A stretch of DNA of 64,000 bases from Candidatus Oxydemutatoraceae bacterium (GTDB taxonomy: Bacteria; Pseudomonadota; Gammaproteobacteria; Poriferisulfidales; Oxydemutatoraceae): the NCBI GenBank assembly GCA_965219575.1, contig OZ244779.1:876769-940768 (forward strand). Reading direction: 5' to 3'. The notes under the pieces are model-generated. The model searched no databases and was not told where the DNA came from. It was given only the letters and a program-made list of their open reading frames with translations. Each line of letters begins with the position of its first letter. The stretch's first letter is position 1. Below are positions 56,101 through 58,342 of the stretch, in pieces. The position numbers and the translations under genes were made by a program.

Positions 56101-58323
56101 ATCGACGTATCCCTGGTCATCGGTATGGTTCACAATAACACGATAGCGGGTCGTACTCGTAGAATTGTCCGACACCGTATAGGAATTGGTAACCGAAATA
56201 TCGCTCCAATCACTATCGCCCTCATCTCGTCGTTGCCACTGATAGCTAAATGTTCCGACACCATCTGGATCATCGGTAACGGAAATGATGCGCAATACAG
56301 TGGGGCTGACATTGAGTTCTAGTTGTGGCGCACCATTATTCTCTTTGCTAACGGTTAGCATAAGTGCTCCGGAGGCTATCTCAAAACCATCGTCAACCGT
56401 TATCGTATAGACGATACTTTGTGTCGTTTTGTCGGCTGCTACAAAGTCGGGTGGTATAACAACACTAAAAGTTTCGGTGACAGTCGTGCTTTGCCTTTGC
56501 TCAAGCACCGTATCGCCCTGTTGCAACCAATACGCATAGTTCTCGCTATCACCGTCAATCTTAACCGTTAAGTTGACTGGTTGCTTCTCATCGACGATAC
56601 TGCCGGCTACGGGGGTACTATCAAAGCGCATAATATCCAGCCGATCCTCGGGACCTACCTCTATGTTCAACGTATAAGTGACATCCCTCACTGTAATTGT
56701 CACAACTTCGGTCGTATCCGCTTGCAACGTGATGTCATTGCTTAACTCGCCGCTACGCTTAGCGGCAAAGTGGTCGGCATCTTCGGTATCATTTTCTTTG
56801 GTAATTGAAATCGTCTCGGTACTGTTGATAGCATACGGTCTTAATTGAAGCTTCGTAGTAGACGGCATTTTTATATCGTAGTCAAACACCACCGGCGAAA
56901 AAGGCTGATCGGCGAATACTCTGGCATTATTGCGCTGCACACGGTCTGTTACGAAAAACAGAATACTCAGACCTTGATTACGAATAGTCTGACCCGATAA
57001 CACCGCACCGCAAGGCGGCAGTGACGTGCCGGGGTCTACATCGCAGGCCGGGTTGTCGCTGTCGTCGCCTCTAGCATAGCGCAATGCAGCATAAGTCCGA
57101 GAGGTGCCGAAATCCCAATCGTCGCTACTCCAATTCGCATAGATGCCCATTGCAGCATTTTGATTGGTCGGCATTTGCAGCTGGGCAGTAGTCAGACCGG
57201 TGCCACCGGCACTTGTCGTTTTTCCACTCGTCATGATGTTCCAGTAGCTATCAATTATCGATGAATCACTATCTCTTTCACCAATCAAACCACCTCCGGC
57301 AGTACTTCTAACTTCGGCGATGGAATAACTGTTGCTAACTCTTATGCGTGCATTGTCAATGTCACCGATAAGACCTCCTACACTGCCCCAATTTTCAGTA
57401 TTAAAGACAACGCCTGCTGCATAACTATTAATAACAGACCCCACTCTATCAACTTCGCCCACCAGACTACCCGTATCGACACTGTGCAATAAAACATTAA
57501 TATTCGCATAGCTGTTGATAATTCTGCCTCTACTGTAGCCACAGATGCCGCCAACATCGGACCCACCTGAAACAGTGCCATGTGCATAACTGTTAATAAT
57601 TAAGCCGCTACTCTGGTTTCTACCGGCTAAAAGACCTGCATATCTACCTCTTGTTGCAACCGAGCTGTCATCGCTAACATAGACATTCATGAGTCTGCCT
57701 TCATTCCTACCGACTATGCCACCGGCCCAAGTATCACCTTCTACTTGTATTTTCAATAGTCCGAGATTGCGAATGGTACCGCTATTGCCGGCAAACAAGC
57801 CTACATAATCATTGTTGTCTCTATTGATTTGCAAGTTGGAAATGCGATATCCGTTGCCGTCAAAAATACCGGCAAAACAATCATTATTGGGATTCGTGCA
57901 GGCACTACTAACAACAGAACCTATAGGCGGCCAGCCTGGTTTCCCGGTGCTCCTGAAATCATCGTCGCTAAGCACCCAATCGTTGTTGACCACACCCGAT
58001 ACATAGCTCTGCGTCGTCGTAAAATCTAAATTCCCGACCAACTCATAACCGTTACAACCGTCCGTAGGACAACCTGTGCTAAGTATTACATTCCCACGCC
58101 GTAGACCGGTACCGTTAAGACTATGCCGTATCGCATCCACATCTTCTAAATAGCACAGCTCTATCAAACCGTCGTCGTCGTCGTCTATGTCTACGGGGGT
58201 GTTGGGATCGTTATCAATTTCGGCAGCACAATCATCGATACTTTCATTTTGTGCGAACACCGGTTGCGCAATAAACAAACCTAAAAAGAGTAGAAAACCG
58301 TATTTACTAAAATCTATACCCAT
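20122..58323 (-). CDS. Giant (~12,730 aa) secreted adhesin-like protein: signal peptide, five GLUG-like beta-helix modules, ~90 Ig/cadherin-like domains, C-terminal VFLEGLLQ
   Basis: Uninterrupted 38.2-kb ORF. The ATG at 58323 gives the Sec signal MGIDFSKYGFLLFLGLFIAQPVFA. VGGLVGRNEG repeats and NxAP...VxVxDG Ig-like repeats. Confidence 0.9.
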   Translation of the reverse strand: MGIDFSKYGFLLFLGLFIAQPVFAQNESIDDCAAEIDNDPNTPVDIDDDDDGLIELCYLEDVDAIRHSLNGTGLRRGNVILSTGCPTDGCNGYELVGNLDFTTTQSYVSGVVNNDWVLSDDDFRSTGKPGWPPIGSVVSSACTNPNNDCFAGIFDGNGYRISNLQINRDNNDYVGLFAGNSGTIRNLGLLKIQVEGDTWAGGIVGRNEGRLMNVYVSDDSSVATRGRYAGLLAGRNQSSGLIINSYAHGTVSGGSDVGGICGYSRGRIINSYANINVLLHSVDTGSLVGEVDRVGSVINSYAAGVVFNTENWGSVGGLIGDIDNARIRVSNSYSIAEVRSTAGGGLIGERDSDSSIIDSYWNIMTSGKTTSAGGTGLTTAQLQMPTNQNAAMGIYANWSSDDWDFGTSRTYAALRYARGDDSDNPACDVDPGTSLPPCGAVLSGQTIRNQGLSILFFVTDRVQRNNARVFADQPFSPVVFDYDIKMPSTTKLQLRPYAINSTETISITKENDTEDADHFAAKRSGELSNDITLQADTTEVVTITVRDVTYTLNIEVGPEDRLDIMRFDSTPVAGSIVDEKQPVNLTVKIDGDSENYAYWLQQGDTVLEQRQSTTVTETFSVVIPPDFVAADKTTQSIVYTITVDDGFEIASGALMLTVSKENNGAPQLELNVSPTVLRIISVTDDPDGVGTFSYQWQRRDEGDSDWSDISVTNSYTVSDNSTSTTRYRVIVNHTDDQGYVDTYQVGPFPIDVDSDDDRLIDVYYLEDLNAIRYQLDGSGYRPSTSATKITSGCPNTGCNGYELVRDLGFTMTQSYISGVVNDDWVLSDDDFRATAKSGWSPIGSVANNDCSNTSSDCFTGVFEGNGYSISNLQINRDSANDIAMFAGNTGTIGNFRLSEIRVEGNSRVGGLVGRNEGRLMNVYVDGDSLITGRNNFAGLLASLNSGLIINSYAQGTVSGDFNVGGFIGENSGTIINSYANTDVSGLGTFIGSLVGFSKGSSQVINSYAIGSAANLANQSATGGLIGASSGISSMVSNSYSTAEVRNTNGGGLIGSGNITVRDSYWDIVTSGRMGSVGGSGLTTAQLQMPTNQNAVMSIYANWSSDDWDFGTSRTYAALRYAGGDDSDNPACDVNPDTPLPPCGAVLSGQTGSDKGLSILFFVTDGVQRDNAEVFADLPFSPVVFDYDIKIPSLGTEIELIPYALNNTATISVFRASDRNTDYFMDKRSGERSLPIPFPENTLTLEIVVGTDPKDTSSVTYSIIVTNTVDRVVLEEIIAPDKVSEGDAISLSAAVMGGDTNNYSYQWTSDPAAFLAVQDRTTATLSFNVPTDFVSRDATDQDVKITLAVGDGLTSSSATRTVTIAKVDNGVPSFTETVTVSSISIAVVPESDADGDGTIDSYTWQRRSAGEAEWTTIGGQTSAMFSIPPEDNGDTLYRVQVMSTDVQGNGFTSILGPYRNRTDIDDDDDGLIDIYYLEDLDAVRHQTDGSGYGITDITRGCPSVGGSETCMGYELRRDLDFASTPSYVDTATHSAMWTVDNFAATNDSGWDPIGSVANNDCSNTSSDCFTGVFEGNGYSLSNLQINRDSANDIAMFVGNTGTIGNFRLSEIRVEGNSRVGGLVSRNEGRLMNVYVDGDSLITGRNNFAGLLASLNSGLIINSYAQGTVSGDFNVGGFIGENSGTIINSYANTDVSGLGTFIGSLVGFSKGSSQVINSYATGSAANLANQSATGGLIGASSGISSMVSNSYSTAEVRNTNGGGLIGSGNITVRDSYWDIVTSGIMRSVGGSGLTTAQLQMPTNQNAVMSIYANWSSDDWDFGTSRTYAALRYAGGDDSDNPACDVNPDTPLPPCGAVLSGQTGSDKGLSILFFVTDGVQRDNAEVFADLPFSPVVFDYDIKIPSLGTEIELIPYALNNTATISVFRASDRNTDYFMDKRSGERSLPIPFPENTLTLEIVVGTDPKDTSSVTYSIIVTNTVDRVVLEEIIAPDKVSEGDAISLSAAVMGGDTNNYSYQWTSDPAAFLAVQDRTTATLSFNVPTDFVSRDATDKDVEITLTVGDGLTSSSATRTVNIAKVDNGVPSFTETVTVSSISIAVVPGSDADGDGTIDSYTWQRRSAGEAEWTTIGGQTSAMFSIPTRDNGGTLYRVQVMSTDVQGNGFTSILGPYRNRIDIDDDDDGLIDIYYLEDLDAVRHQTDGSGYGITDITRGCPSVGGSETCMGYELRRDLDFASTPSYVDTATHSAMWTVDNFAATNDSGWDPIGSVANNSCSDASSDCFAGVFEGNGYSISNLQINRNAHNDIAMFAGNTGTIGNFRLSEIRVEGNSRVGGLVGRNEGRLMNVYVDGDSLITGRNNFAGLLASLNSGLIINSYAQGTVSGDFNVGGFIGENSGTIINSYANTDVSGLATFIGSLVGFSKGSSQVINSYAIGSAANLANQSATGGLIGASSGISSMVSNSYSTAEVRNTNGGGLIGSGNITVRDSYWDIVTSGRMGSVGGSGLTTAQLQMPTNQNAVMSIYANWSSDDWDFGTSRTYAALRYAGGDDSDNPACDVNPDTPLPPCGAVLSGQTGSDKGLSILFFVTDGVQRDNAEVFADLPFSPVVFDYDIKIPSLGTEIELIPYALNNTATISVFRASDRNTDYFMDRRSGERSLPIPFPENTLTLEIVVGTDPGDTSSVTYSIIVTNTVDRVVLEEIIAPDRVSEGDAISLSAAVMGGDTNNYSYQWTSDPAAFLAVQDRTTATLSFNVPTDFVSRDATDKDVEITLTVGDGLTSSSATRTVTIAKVDNGVPSFTETVTVSSISIAVVPESDADGDGTIDSYTWQRRNAGEAEWTTIDDQTSAMFSIPTRDNGGTFYRVQVMSIDVQGNGFTSILGPYRNRIDIDDDDDGLIDIYYLEDLDAVRHQTDGSGYGTTDITRGCRLVGGSETCMGYELRRDLDFASTPSYVDIATHSAMWTVDNFAATNDSGWDPIGSVANNNCSDASSDCFAGIFEGNGYRISNLQINRDSANEIGMFSGNTGTIRNFGLREIEVEGNFRTGGLVGRNEGNLINAHVIESRVEGVGNVVGLLVGVSSGLIINSYVRGTVLGFSWAAGICGVNARGRIINSYAEVMASGARAISGLVAENQGTIRNSYAMGSAHITSNDINNRRGVGGLIAILWTGTNPSVTNTYSTVRVTADSSNVNIGGLISSRHSSNPPVTASYWDTDTSEQTASPGGGTGRTTAQLQMPTAPGVVANDVYYQWSTDDWDFGTTEQYPALLYNEVAGVDACDADVLTPLPRCGSLLPGQRLVPISENTDPAITLTPSTVQTLLLNSTAHIVVSVADSNYSRGDRVTLTAMPSNRTIVSVMPMQVADITTDTSIRFVLNAEQSGVATITFTAEDSRGLSHSAVLWVQVEANTDPTITLIPSTARTLPLNSMAHIVVSVADSNYVNGDRVTLTAMSSSRTIVSVMPIQVDNITTDTSIRFVLNAEQGGVATITFTAEDNNGLSHSADLSVRVNAPPTLSGIPEQPLRLLEGMNTELELTLADANADDTLDISIDTDDSMIANATIIATTGDIRTLEIVGVGAGNTTITVTVNDGRGATNSQVSAQFAVQVEANTDPAITLTPATAQTLPLNSTAHIVVSVADSNYVNGDRVTLTAMSSSRTIVSVMPIQVADITTDTSVRFVLSAEQGGVATITFTAEDSRRLSHSAVLSVRVNAPPTLSDIPEQPVSLLEGTNTELRLTLGDANTDDTLDISVDTDDGRIASATIIATIGAVRTLEIVGVGAGNTTITVTVNDGRGVANSQVSAQFAVQVQANIAPTITLTPVTAQTLPLNSTANIVVSVADGNFNLNDVVTLTAMSSNPSVISVIPMQVADITTDTSIRFVLNAEQSGVATITFTAEDNNGLSHSAALSVRANAPPTLSGIPEQPVSLLEGMNTELRLTLADANADDTLDISVDIDDGMIASATIIATIGDIRTLEIVGVGAGNTTITVTVNDGRGIANSQVSAQFAVQVEANIAPTITLTPSTVQTLPLNSTANIVVLVADSNYGDGDRVTLTAISSSRTIVSVVPMQVADITTDTSIRFVLNAERSGVATITFTAEDSNGLSHSAALSVRVNASPTLSGIPEQPLRLLEGMNTELRLTLADANADDTLDISVDIDDGMIASATIIATIGDIRTLEIVGVGAGNTTITVTVNDGRGIANSQVSAQFAVQVEANIAPTITLTPSTVQTLPLNSTANIVVLVADSNYGDGDRVTLTAISSSRTIVSVVPMQVADITTDTSIRFVLNAERSGVATITFTAEDSNGLSHSAALSVRVNAPPTLSGTPEQPLRLLEGMNTELELTIADANVDDILTIAVESNDTQIAMVNASGSGAIRTLEIVGGGGGNTTITVTVNDGRGVANSQVSAQFAVQVQANTPPTIILTPTTAQTLAINSTTGIVVSVADSNFNLNDVVTLTAMSLSRTIVSVIPIQVDDITTDTSIRFVLDAEQGGVATITFTAQDSNGLSHSAALSARVNAPPTLNGIPEQPLKLLEGMNISIDVTLGDANADDTLTIAVESNDTQIATVNASGSGAVRTLEIVGVGAGNTTITVAVNDGRGVANSQVSAQFAVQVEANTDPTIILTPSTAQTLPLNSTAHIVVSVADSNFNLNDVVILTAISSSRTIVSVVPMQVDDITTDTSIRFVLSAEQGGVATITFTATDSRRLSHSADLSVRVNAPPTLSGIPEQPLRLLEGMNTSINVTLGDANADDTLTIAVESSDTQIATVNASGNGIIRTLEIVGVGAGNTTITVTVNDGRGVANSQVSAQFAVQVEANTDPTITLTPSTAQTLPLNSTTHIVVSVADGNFNLNDVVTLTAMSSSRTIVSVMPVQVADITTDTANTFTLNALQSGVATITFTADDSNGLSHSVDLSVRANAPPTLSGIPQQPLRLLESMNTELELTIADANADDTLTIAVESSDMQIATVNASDNGTMRTLEIVGVGAGNTTITVTVNDGRGVANSQVSAQFAVQVEANTDPTITLTPSTAQTLPLNSTTHIVVSVADGNFNLNDVVTLTAMSSSRTIVSVMPMQVTDITTDTSMRFVLDAEQGGVATITFTATDSRRLSHSADLSVRANAPPTLQGIPEQPVSLLEGMNTELRLTLADANADDTLTIAIESSDTQIATVNASGNGTMRTLEIVGVGAGNTTITVTVNDGRGVANSQVSAQFAVQVEANTDPTITLTPSTAQTLLLNSTTHIVVSVADNNYSRGDSVTLTAVSSSRTIVSVVPMQVTDITTDTSIRFVLSAEQGGVATITFTAEDSRRLSHSAALSVRANAPPTLQGIPEQPLRLLEGMNTSINVTLGDANADDTLTIAVESSDTQIATVNASSNGTMRTLEIVGVGAGNTTITVSVNDGRGVANSQVSAQFAVQVEANTDPAITLTPSTAQTLPLNSTANIVVSVADGNFNLNDVVILTAMSSSRTIVSVVPMQVDDITTDTSIRFVLDAEQDGVATIIFTAEDNNGLSHSAALSVRANAPPTLSGIPEQPVSLLEGMNTELELTIADANADDTLTIAVESSDMQIATVNASGNGTMRTLEIVGVGAGNTTITVTVNDGRGVANSQVSTQFAVQVEANIAPTITLIPATAQTLPLNSTAHVVVSVADSNFNLNDVVILTAISSNETIVSVTSPTTITDITDDTANTFTLNALQGGVATITFTAEDSNGLSHSAALSVRANAPPTLSGIPEQPVSLLEGMNTELELTIADANADDTLTIVVESNNTQVATANASGTGAVRTLEIVGVGAGNTTITVTVNDGRGVANSQVSAQFAVQVQANIAPMITLTPTTAQTLAINSTTGIVVSVADSNYGDNDNITLTAISSNETIVSVTSPTTITDITDDTANTFTLNALQGGVATITFTAEDSNGLSHSVALSVRANAPPTLSGIPEQPLRLLEGMNTSINVTLADANADDTLTIVVESNNTQVATANASGTSAVRTLEIVGVGAGNTTITVTVNDGRGVANSQVSAQFAVQVQANIAPMITLTPATMQTLPLNSTANIVVSVVDSNYGDNDNITLTAISSNETIVSVTSPTTITDITDDTANTFTLNALQGGVATITFTAEDSNGLSHSVALSVRANAPPTLSDIPEQPLKLLEGMNTSIDVTLADANADDTLTIAVESSDTQIATVNASGDGTMRTLEIVGVGAGNTTITVTVNDGRGVANSQVSAQFAVRVQANIAPMITLTPATMQTLPLNSTAHIVVSVADSNFNLNDVVTLTAVSSNRTIVSVMPIQVDDIMTDTSIRFVLDAEQGGVATITFTAEDNNGLSHSADLSVRVNAPPTLSDIPEQPVSLLEGMNTELELTIADANADDTLDISVDIDDSRIASATIIATTGAVRTLEIVGIGAGNTMITVTVNDGRGATNSQVSARFAIQVQANIAPMITLTPATAQTLPLNSTAHIIVSVADGNFNLNDVVTLTAMSSSRTTVSVIPMRVADITTDTSIRFVLDAEQGGVATIIFTAQDSNGLSYSAALSVRANAPPTLQGIPEQPLRLLEGMNTSINVTLGDANADDTLTIAVESNDTLIATVNASGSGATRTLEIVGVGAGNTTITVSVNDGRGVANSQVSAQFAVQVQANIAPMITLTPATMQTLPLNSTAHIVVSVVDSNYGDNDNITLTAMSSNETIVSVTSPTTITDITDDTANTFTLNALQGGVATITFTAEDNNGLSHSADLSVRANAPPTLSSIPEQPLRLLEGMNTSINVTLADANADDTLTIAVESSDTQIATVNASGNGTMRTLEIVGVGAGNTTITVTVNDGRGVANSQVSAQFAVQVQANIAPMITLTPATAQTLPLNSTAHIVVSVVDSNYGDNDNITLTAMSSSRTIVSVVPIQVDNITTDRSMRFVLDAKQDGVATITFTAQDSNGLSHSVDLSVRANAPPTLQGIPQQPLRLLEGMNTSINVMLGDANADDTLTVAVESSDTQIATVNASGNGIMRTLEIVGIGAGNTTITVTVNDGRGVANSQVSAQFAVQVQANIAPMITLTPATAQTLPLNSTAHIVVSVADSNYVNSDRVTLTAMSSSRTTVSVIPMRVADITTDTSIRFVLDAEQGGVAMITFTAADNNGLSHSAALSVRVNASPALNDIPEQPVRLLEGMNTELELTIADANADDTLTIAVESNDTQVATVNASGTGAVRTLEIVGVGAGNTTITVAVNDGRGVANSQVSAQFAVQVQANIAPTITLTPATAQTLPLDSTANIVVSVADSNFNLNDVVILTAMSSSRTIVSVVPIQVADITTDTSMHFVLDAKQGGVATITFTAEDSNGLSHSAALSVRANAPPTLSGIPEQPLRLLEGMNTSINVTLGDANADDILTIAVESNDTQIAMVNASGSGAIRTLEIVGIGAGNTTITVTVNDGRGVANSQVSAQFAVQVEANIAPMITLTPSTMQTLPLDSTAHIVVLVADSNYGDGDCVTLTAISSNETIVSVTSPTTITDIIDDTANTFTLNALQGGVATITFTAQDSNGLSHSAVLSVRVNAPPTLSGIPEQPLRLLEGMNTSINVTLGDANADDIPTIAVESNDTQIATVNASGSGAVRMLEIVGVGAGNTTITVTVNDGRGVANSQVSARFAVQVQANIAPTITLTPSTARTLPLNSTANIVVSVADSNFNLNDVVTLTAMSSSRTIVSVVPMQVDDITTDTRIRFVLDAEQGGVATITFTAEDNNGLSHSAALSVRANAPPTLSGIPEQPVSLLEGMNTELRLAIADANADDIPTIAVESSDMQIATVNASSNGTMRTLEIVGVGAGNTTITVTVNDGRGVANSQVSAQFAVQVEANIAPMITLTPSTMQTLPLNSTANIVVSVADSNFNLNDVVTLTAVSSNRTIVSVMPMQVTDITTDTRIRFVLDAEQGGVATITFTATDNNGLSHSAALSVRANAPPTLSGIPEQPVSLLEGMNTELRLTLADANADDTLTIAVESSDTQIATVNASGNGTMRTLEIVGVGAGNTTITVTVNDGRGVANSQVSAQFAVQVEANTDPTITLTPSTAQTLPLNSTTHIVVSVADNNYSRGDSVTLTAMSSNETIVSVTSPTTITDITDDTANTFTLNALQSGVATITFTAEDNNGLSHSAALSVRANAPPTLSGIPEQPVSLLEGMNTELRLTLADANADDTLTIAVESSDTQIATVNASGDGTMRTLEIVGIGAGNTTITVTVNDGRGVANSQVSAQFAVQVEANIAPTITLTPATMQTLPLNSTAHIVVSVADSNYVNGDRVTLTAMSSNETIVSVTSPTTITDITDDTANTFTLNALQSGVATITFTAEDNNGLSHSADLSVRANAPPTLQGVPEQPLRLLEGMNTSINVMLGDANADDTLTIAVESSDMQIATVNASGNGTMRTLEIVGVGAGNTTITVTVNDGRDATNSQVSAQFAVQVEANIAPTITLTPATAQTLPLNSTVNIVVSVADSNFNLNDVVTLTAVSSNRTIVSVTSPTTITDITDDTANTFTLSALQGGVATITFTATDNNGLSHSVALSVRANAPPTLSGIPEQPLRLLEGMNTSIDVTLGDANADDTLTIAVESSDTQIATVNASGNGIMRTLEIVGAGAGNTTITVSVNDGRGVANSQVSAQFAVQVQANIAPMITLTPSTPQTLPLDSTTHIVVLVADSNYGDGDRVTLTAMSSSRTIVSVVPIHVADITTDTRIRFVLDAEQEGVATVTFIAKDSNGLSDSASLSVRVNAPPTLSGIPEQPLKLLEGMNTSINVMLGDANADDTLTVAVESSDTQIATVNASGNGIMRTLEIVGIGAGNTTITVTVNDGRGVANSQVSAQFAVQVQANIAPMITLTPATAQTLPLNSTAHIVVSVADSNYVNSDRVTLTAMSSSRTIVSVVPIQVADITTDTSMHFVLDAKQGGVATITFTAEDNNGLSHSAALSVRANAPPTLQGVPEQPLRLLEGMNTSIDVTLGDANADDTLTIAVESSDTQIATVNASGNRAMRTLEIVGVGAGNTTITVTVNDGRDATNSQVSAQFAVQVEANIAPTITLTPATAQTLPLNSTVNIVVSVADSNYGDGDRVTLTAMSSNEAIVSVTSPTTITDITDDTANIFTLSALQGGVATITFTATDNNGLSHSVALSVRANAPPTLSGIPEQPVKLLEGMNTSIDVTLGDANADDTLTIAVESSDTQIATVNASGNGIMRTLEIVGAGAGNTTITVSVNDGRGVANSQVSAQFAVQVQANIAPMITLTPSTPQTLPLDSTTHIVVLVADSNYGDGDRVTLTAMSSSRTIVSVVPIHVADITTDTRIRFVLDAEQEGVATVTFIAKDSNGLSDSASLSVRVNAPPTLSGIPEQPLKLLEGMNTSINVMLGDANADDTLTVAVESSDTQIATVNASGNGIMRTLEIVGIGAGNTTITVTVNDGRGVANSQVSAQFAVQVQANIAPMITLTPATAQTLPLNSTAHIVVSVADSNYVNSDRVTLTAMSSSRTIVSVVPIQVADITTDTSMHFVLDAKQGGVATITFTAQDNNGLSHSAALSVRANAPPTLSSIPEQPVKLLEGMNTSIDVTLGDANADDTLTIAVESSDTQIATVNASGNRAMRTLEIVGVGAGNTTITVTVNDGRDATNSQVSAQFAVQVEANIAPTITLTPATAQTLPLNSTVNIVVSVADSNYGDGDRVTLTAMSSNEAIVSVTSPTTITDITDNTANIFTLNALQGGVATITFTATDNNGLSHSAALSVRVNAPPTLSGIPGQPVKLLEGMNTSIDVTLGDANADDTLTIAVESSDTQIATVNASGSGAVRTLEIVGAGAGNTTITVSVNDGRGVANSQVSAQFAVQVQANIAPTITLTPSTAQTLAINSTAHIVVSVADGNFNLNDVVILTAMSSSRTIVSVVPIQVADITTDRSMRFVLDAEQDGVATVTFIAKDSNGLSDSASLSVRVNAPPTLSGIPEQPLKLLEGMNTSIDVTLGDANADDILTIAVESNDTQIATVNASGNGIMRTLEIVGVGAGNTTITVSVNDGRGIANSQVSAQFAVQVEANIAPMITLTPATMQTLPLNSTAHIVVSIADSNFNLNDVVTLTAMSSNETIVLVTSPTTITDITDDTANTFTLNALQGGVATITFTATDSNGLSHSADLSVRVNAPPTLSDIPEQPLRLLEGMNTSIDVTLGDANADDILTIAVESNDTQIATVNASGNGIMRTLEIVGVGAGNTTITVSVNDDRGATNSQVSAQFAVQVQANIAPMITLTPATAQTLPLNSTVNIVVSVADSNYVNGDRVTLTAMSSSRTIVSVVPIQVADITTDTRIRFVLDAEQDGVATITFTAQDSNGLSHSAALSVRVNAPPTLSDIPEQPVKLLEGMNTSIDVTLGDANADDIPTIAVESNDTQIATVNASGNGIMRTLEIVGVGAGNTTITVSVNDDRGATNSQVSAQFAVQVQANIAPMITLTPATAQTLPLNSTANIVVLVADSNYVNGDRVTLTAMSSSRTIVSVVPIQVADITTDTRIRFVLDAEQDGVATVTFIAKDSNGLSHSAVLSVRANAPPTLSGIPEQPLRLLEGMNTELRLTLADANADDTLTIAVESSDTQIATVNASGNGTMRTLEIVGVGAGNTTITVAVNDGRGIANSQVSAQFAMQVKANIAPTITLTPSTARTLPLNSTANIIVSVADSNFNLNDVVTLTAMSSSRTIVSVVPMQVDNITTDMSIRFVLSAERSGVATVTFIAKDSNGLSDSAALSVRVNAPPTLSGIPEQPVRLLEGMNTSIDVTLGDANADDILTIAVESNDTQVAMVSASGNGTMRTLEIVGVGAGNTTITVSVNDGRGVANSQVSAQFAVQVEANIAPTITLTPSTAQTLAINSTTGIVISVADSNFNLNDVVTLTAVSSSRTIVSVTSPTTITDITDNTANTFTLNALQGGVATITFTAEDSNGLSHSADLSMRVNAPPTLQGIPEQPLRLLEGMNTSINVTLDDANADDTLTIAVESNDTLIATVNASGSGATRTLEIVGIGAGNTTITVTVNDGRGVANSQVSAQFAVQVQANIAPMITLTPATMQTLPLNSTAHIVVSVVDSNYGDNDNITLTAMSSNETIVSVTSPTTITDITDDTANTFTLNALQGGVATITFTAQDNNGLSHSAALSVRANAPPTLSGIPEQPLRLLEGMNTSIDVTLGDANADDTLTIAVESSDTQIATVNASGDGTMRTLEIVGIGAGNTTITVSVNDGRGATNSQVSAQFAVQVEANIAPMITLIPSTPQTLPLDSTAHIIVSVADGNFNLNDVVTLTAMSSSRTIVSVTSPTTITDITDDTANTFTLNALQGGVATITFTAEDSNGLSHSAALSVRVNAPPTLSGIPEQPLRLLEGMNTSINVTLGDANADDTLTIAVESNDTLIATVNASSNGIMRTLEIVGVGAGNTTITVTINDGRGATNSQVSAQFAVQVEANTDPTITLTPSTAQTLPLNSTANIVVSVVDSNYGDNDNITLTAMSSNETIVSVTSPTTITDITDNTANTFTLNALQGGVATITFTAEDSNGLSHSADLSVRVNAPPTLQGIPEQPLRLLEGMNTSINVTLGDANADDTLTIAVESSDMQIATVNASGNGTMRTLEIVGVGAGNTTITVTVNDGRGATNSQVSAQFAVQVEANIAPTITLTPSTMQTLPLDSTAHIVVSVADSNFNLNDVVTLTAMSSSRTIVSVVPMQVADITTDMSIRFVLSAERSGVATVTFIAKDSNGLSDSAALSVRVNAPPTLSGIPEQPVRLLEGMNTSIDVTLGDANADDTLTIAVESNDTQIATVNASGSGAVRTLEIVGVGAGNTTITVTVNDGRGATNSQVSAQFAVQVEANIAPMITLTPSTMQTLPLDSTAHIVVSVADSNFNLNDVVTLTAMSSSRTIVSVMPMQVTDITTDRSMRFVLDAEQDGVATVTFIAKDSNGLSDSASLSVRVNAPPTLSGIPEQPLRLLEGMNTSIDVTLGDANADDILTIAVESNDTQIATVNASGNGIMRTLEIVGVGAGNTTITVTVNDGRGVANSQVSAQFAVQVEANTPPIITLTPSTAQTLPLNSTAHIVVSVADSNFNLNDVVILTAMSSSRTIVSVMPMQVTDITTDRSMRFVLDAEQDGVATVTFIAKDSNGLSDSASLSVRVNAPPTLSGIPEQPLRLLEGMNTSIDVTLGDANADDILTIAVESNDTQIATVNASGNGIMRTLEIVGVGAGNTTITVTVNDGRGVANSQVSAQFAVQVEANTPPIITLTPSTAQTLPLNSTAHIVVSVADSNFNLNDVVILTAMSSSRTIVSVMPIQITGITDNTARTFMLNALQSGMATITFTATDSADLSSSRTLEVAVNTSPILSDRVPTRVIATVGVPFERDVSEFFMDADGDTLTYNIAIAPMSGLIDGFSTMTGVWTFTATDADASRNTAGSIVTVLADDGRGGSAQTTFTLLIDAPPTALRIATVVNDRWLLRASGLDDANGIATTSYRWFINDILIDGATENAYRIPDNRASRTAGTRYRLEATVVDNIGQSVTTQSNVYTVANESPVIVSITDPQTIDETTATQNITVVVTASDPNYDDLTYSWRTNTGTLNDATSATVTLIVPPNFVDAVSSDTTVNIKIVISDGTTTTIGMTSVVVNKVNNGAITIGVLVGTGNDATTLTAAILSSDPDGDPSEAVMYQWQVCSVNVDCSVKGNWNDIVGAMTTPYLIVSGSEILVRGNSFRAEASYTDEQGYREIVYSPAQVYTPLTSVIRIQVRVFLEGLLQ
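21360..48440 (-). repeat. Intragenic tandem array of ~44-45 units of 600/603 bp (two Ig-like domains per unit)
   Basis: Period visible directly, e.g. 21541-22140 is nearly identical to 22141-22740. Unit count is estimated from length. Confidence 0.93.
49250..55803 (-). repeat. Intragenic ~3 x 2130-bp (710 aa) near-identical repeats
   Basis: TTGTTGGCAACAGAACCGATAGG recurs at 49391, 51521, 53651 and 55781. Identical shadow ORFs at 50439, 52569 and 54699. Confidence 0.93.
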
Positions 58324-58342
58324 TACATTTTCACAAAAGAAA

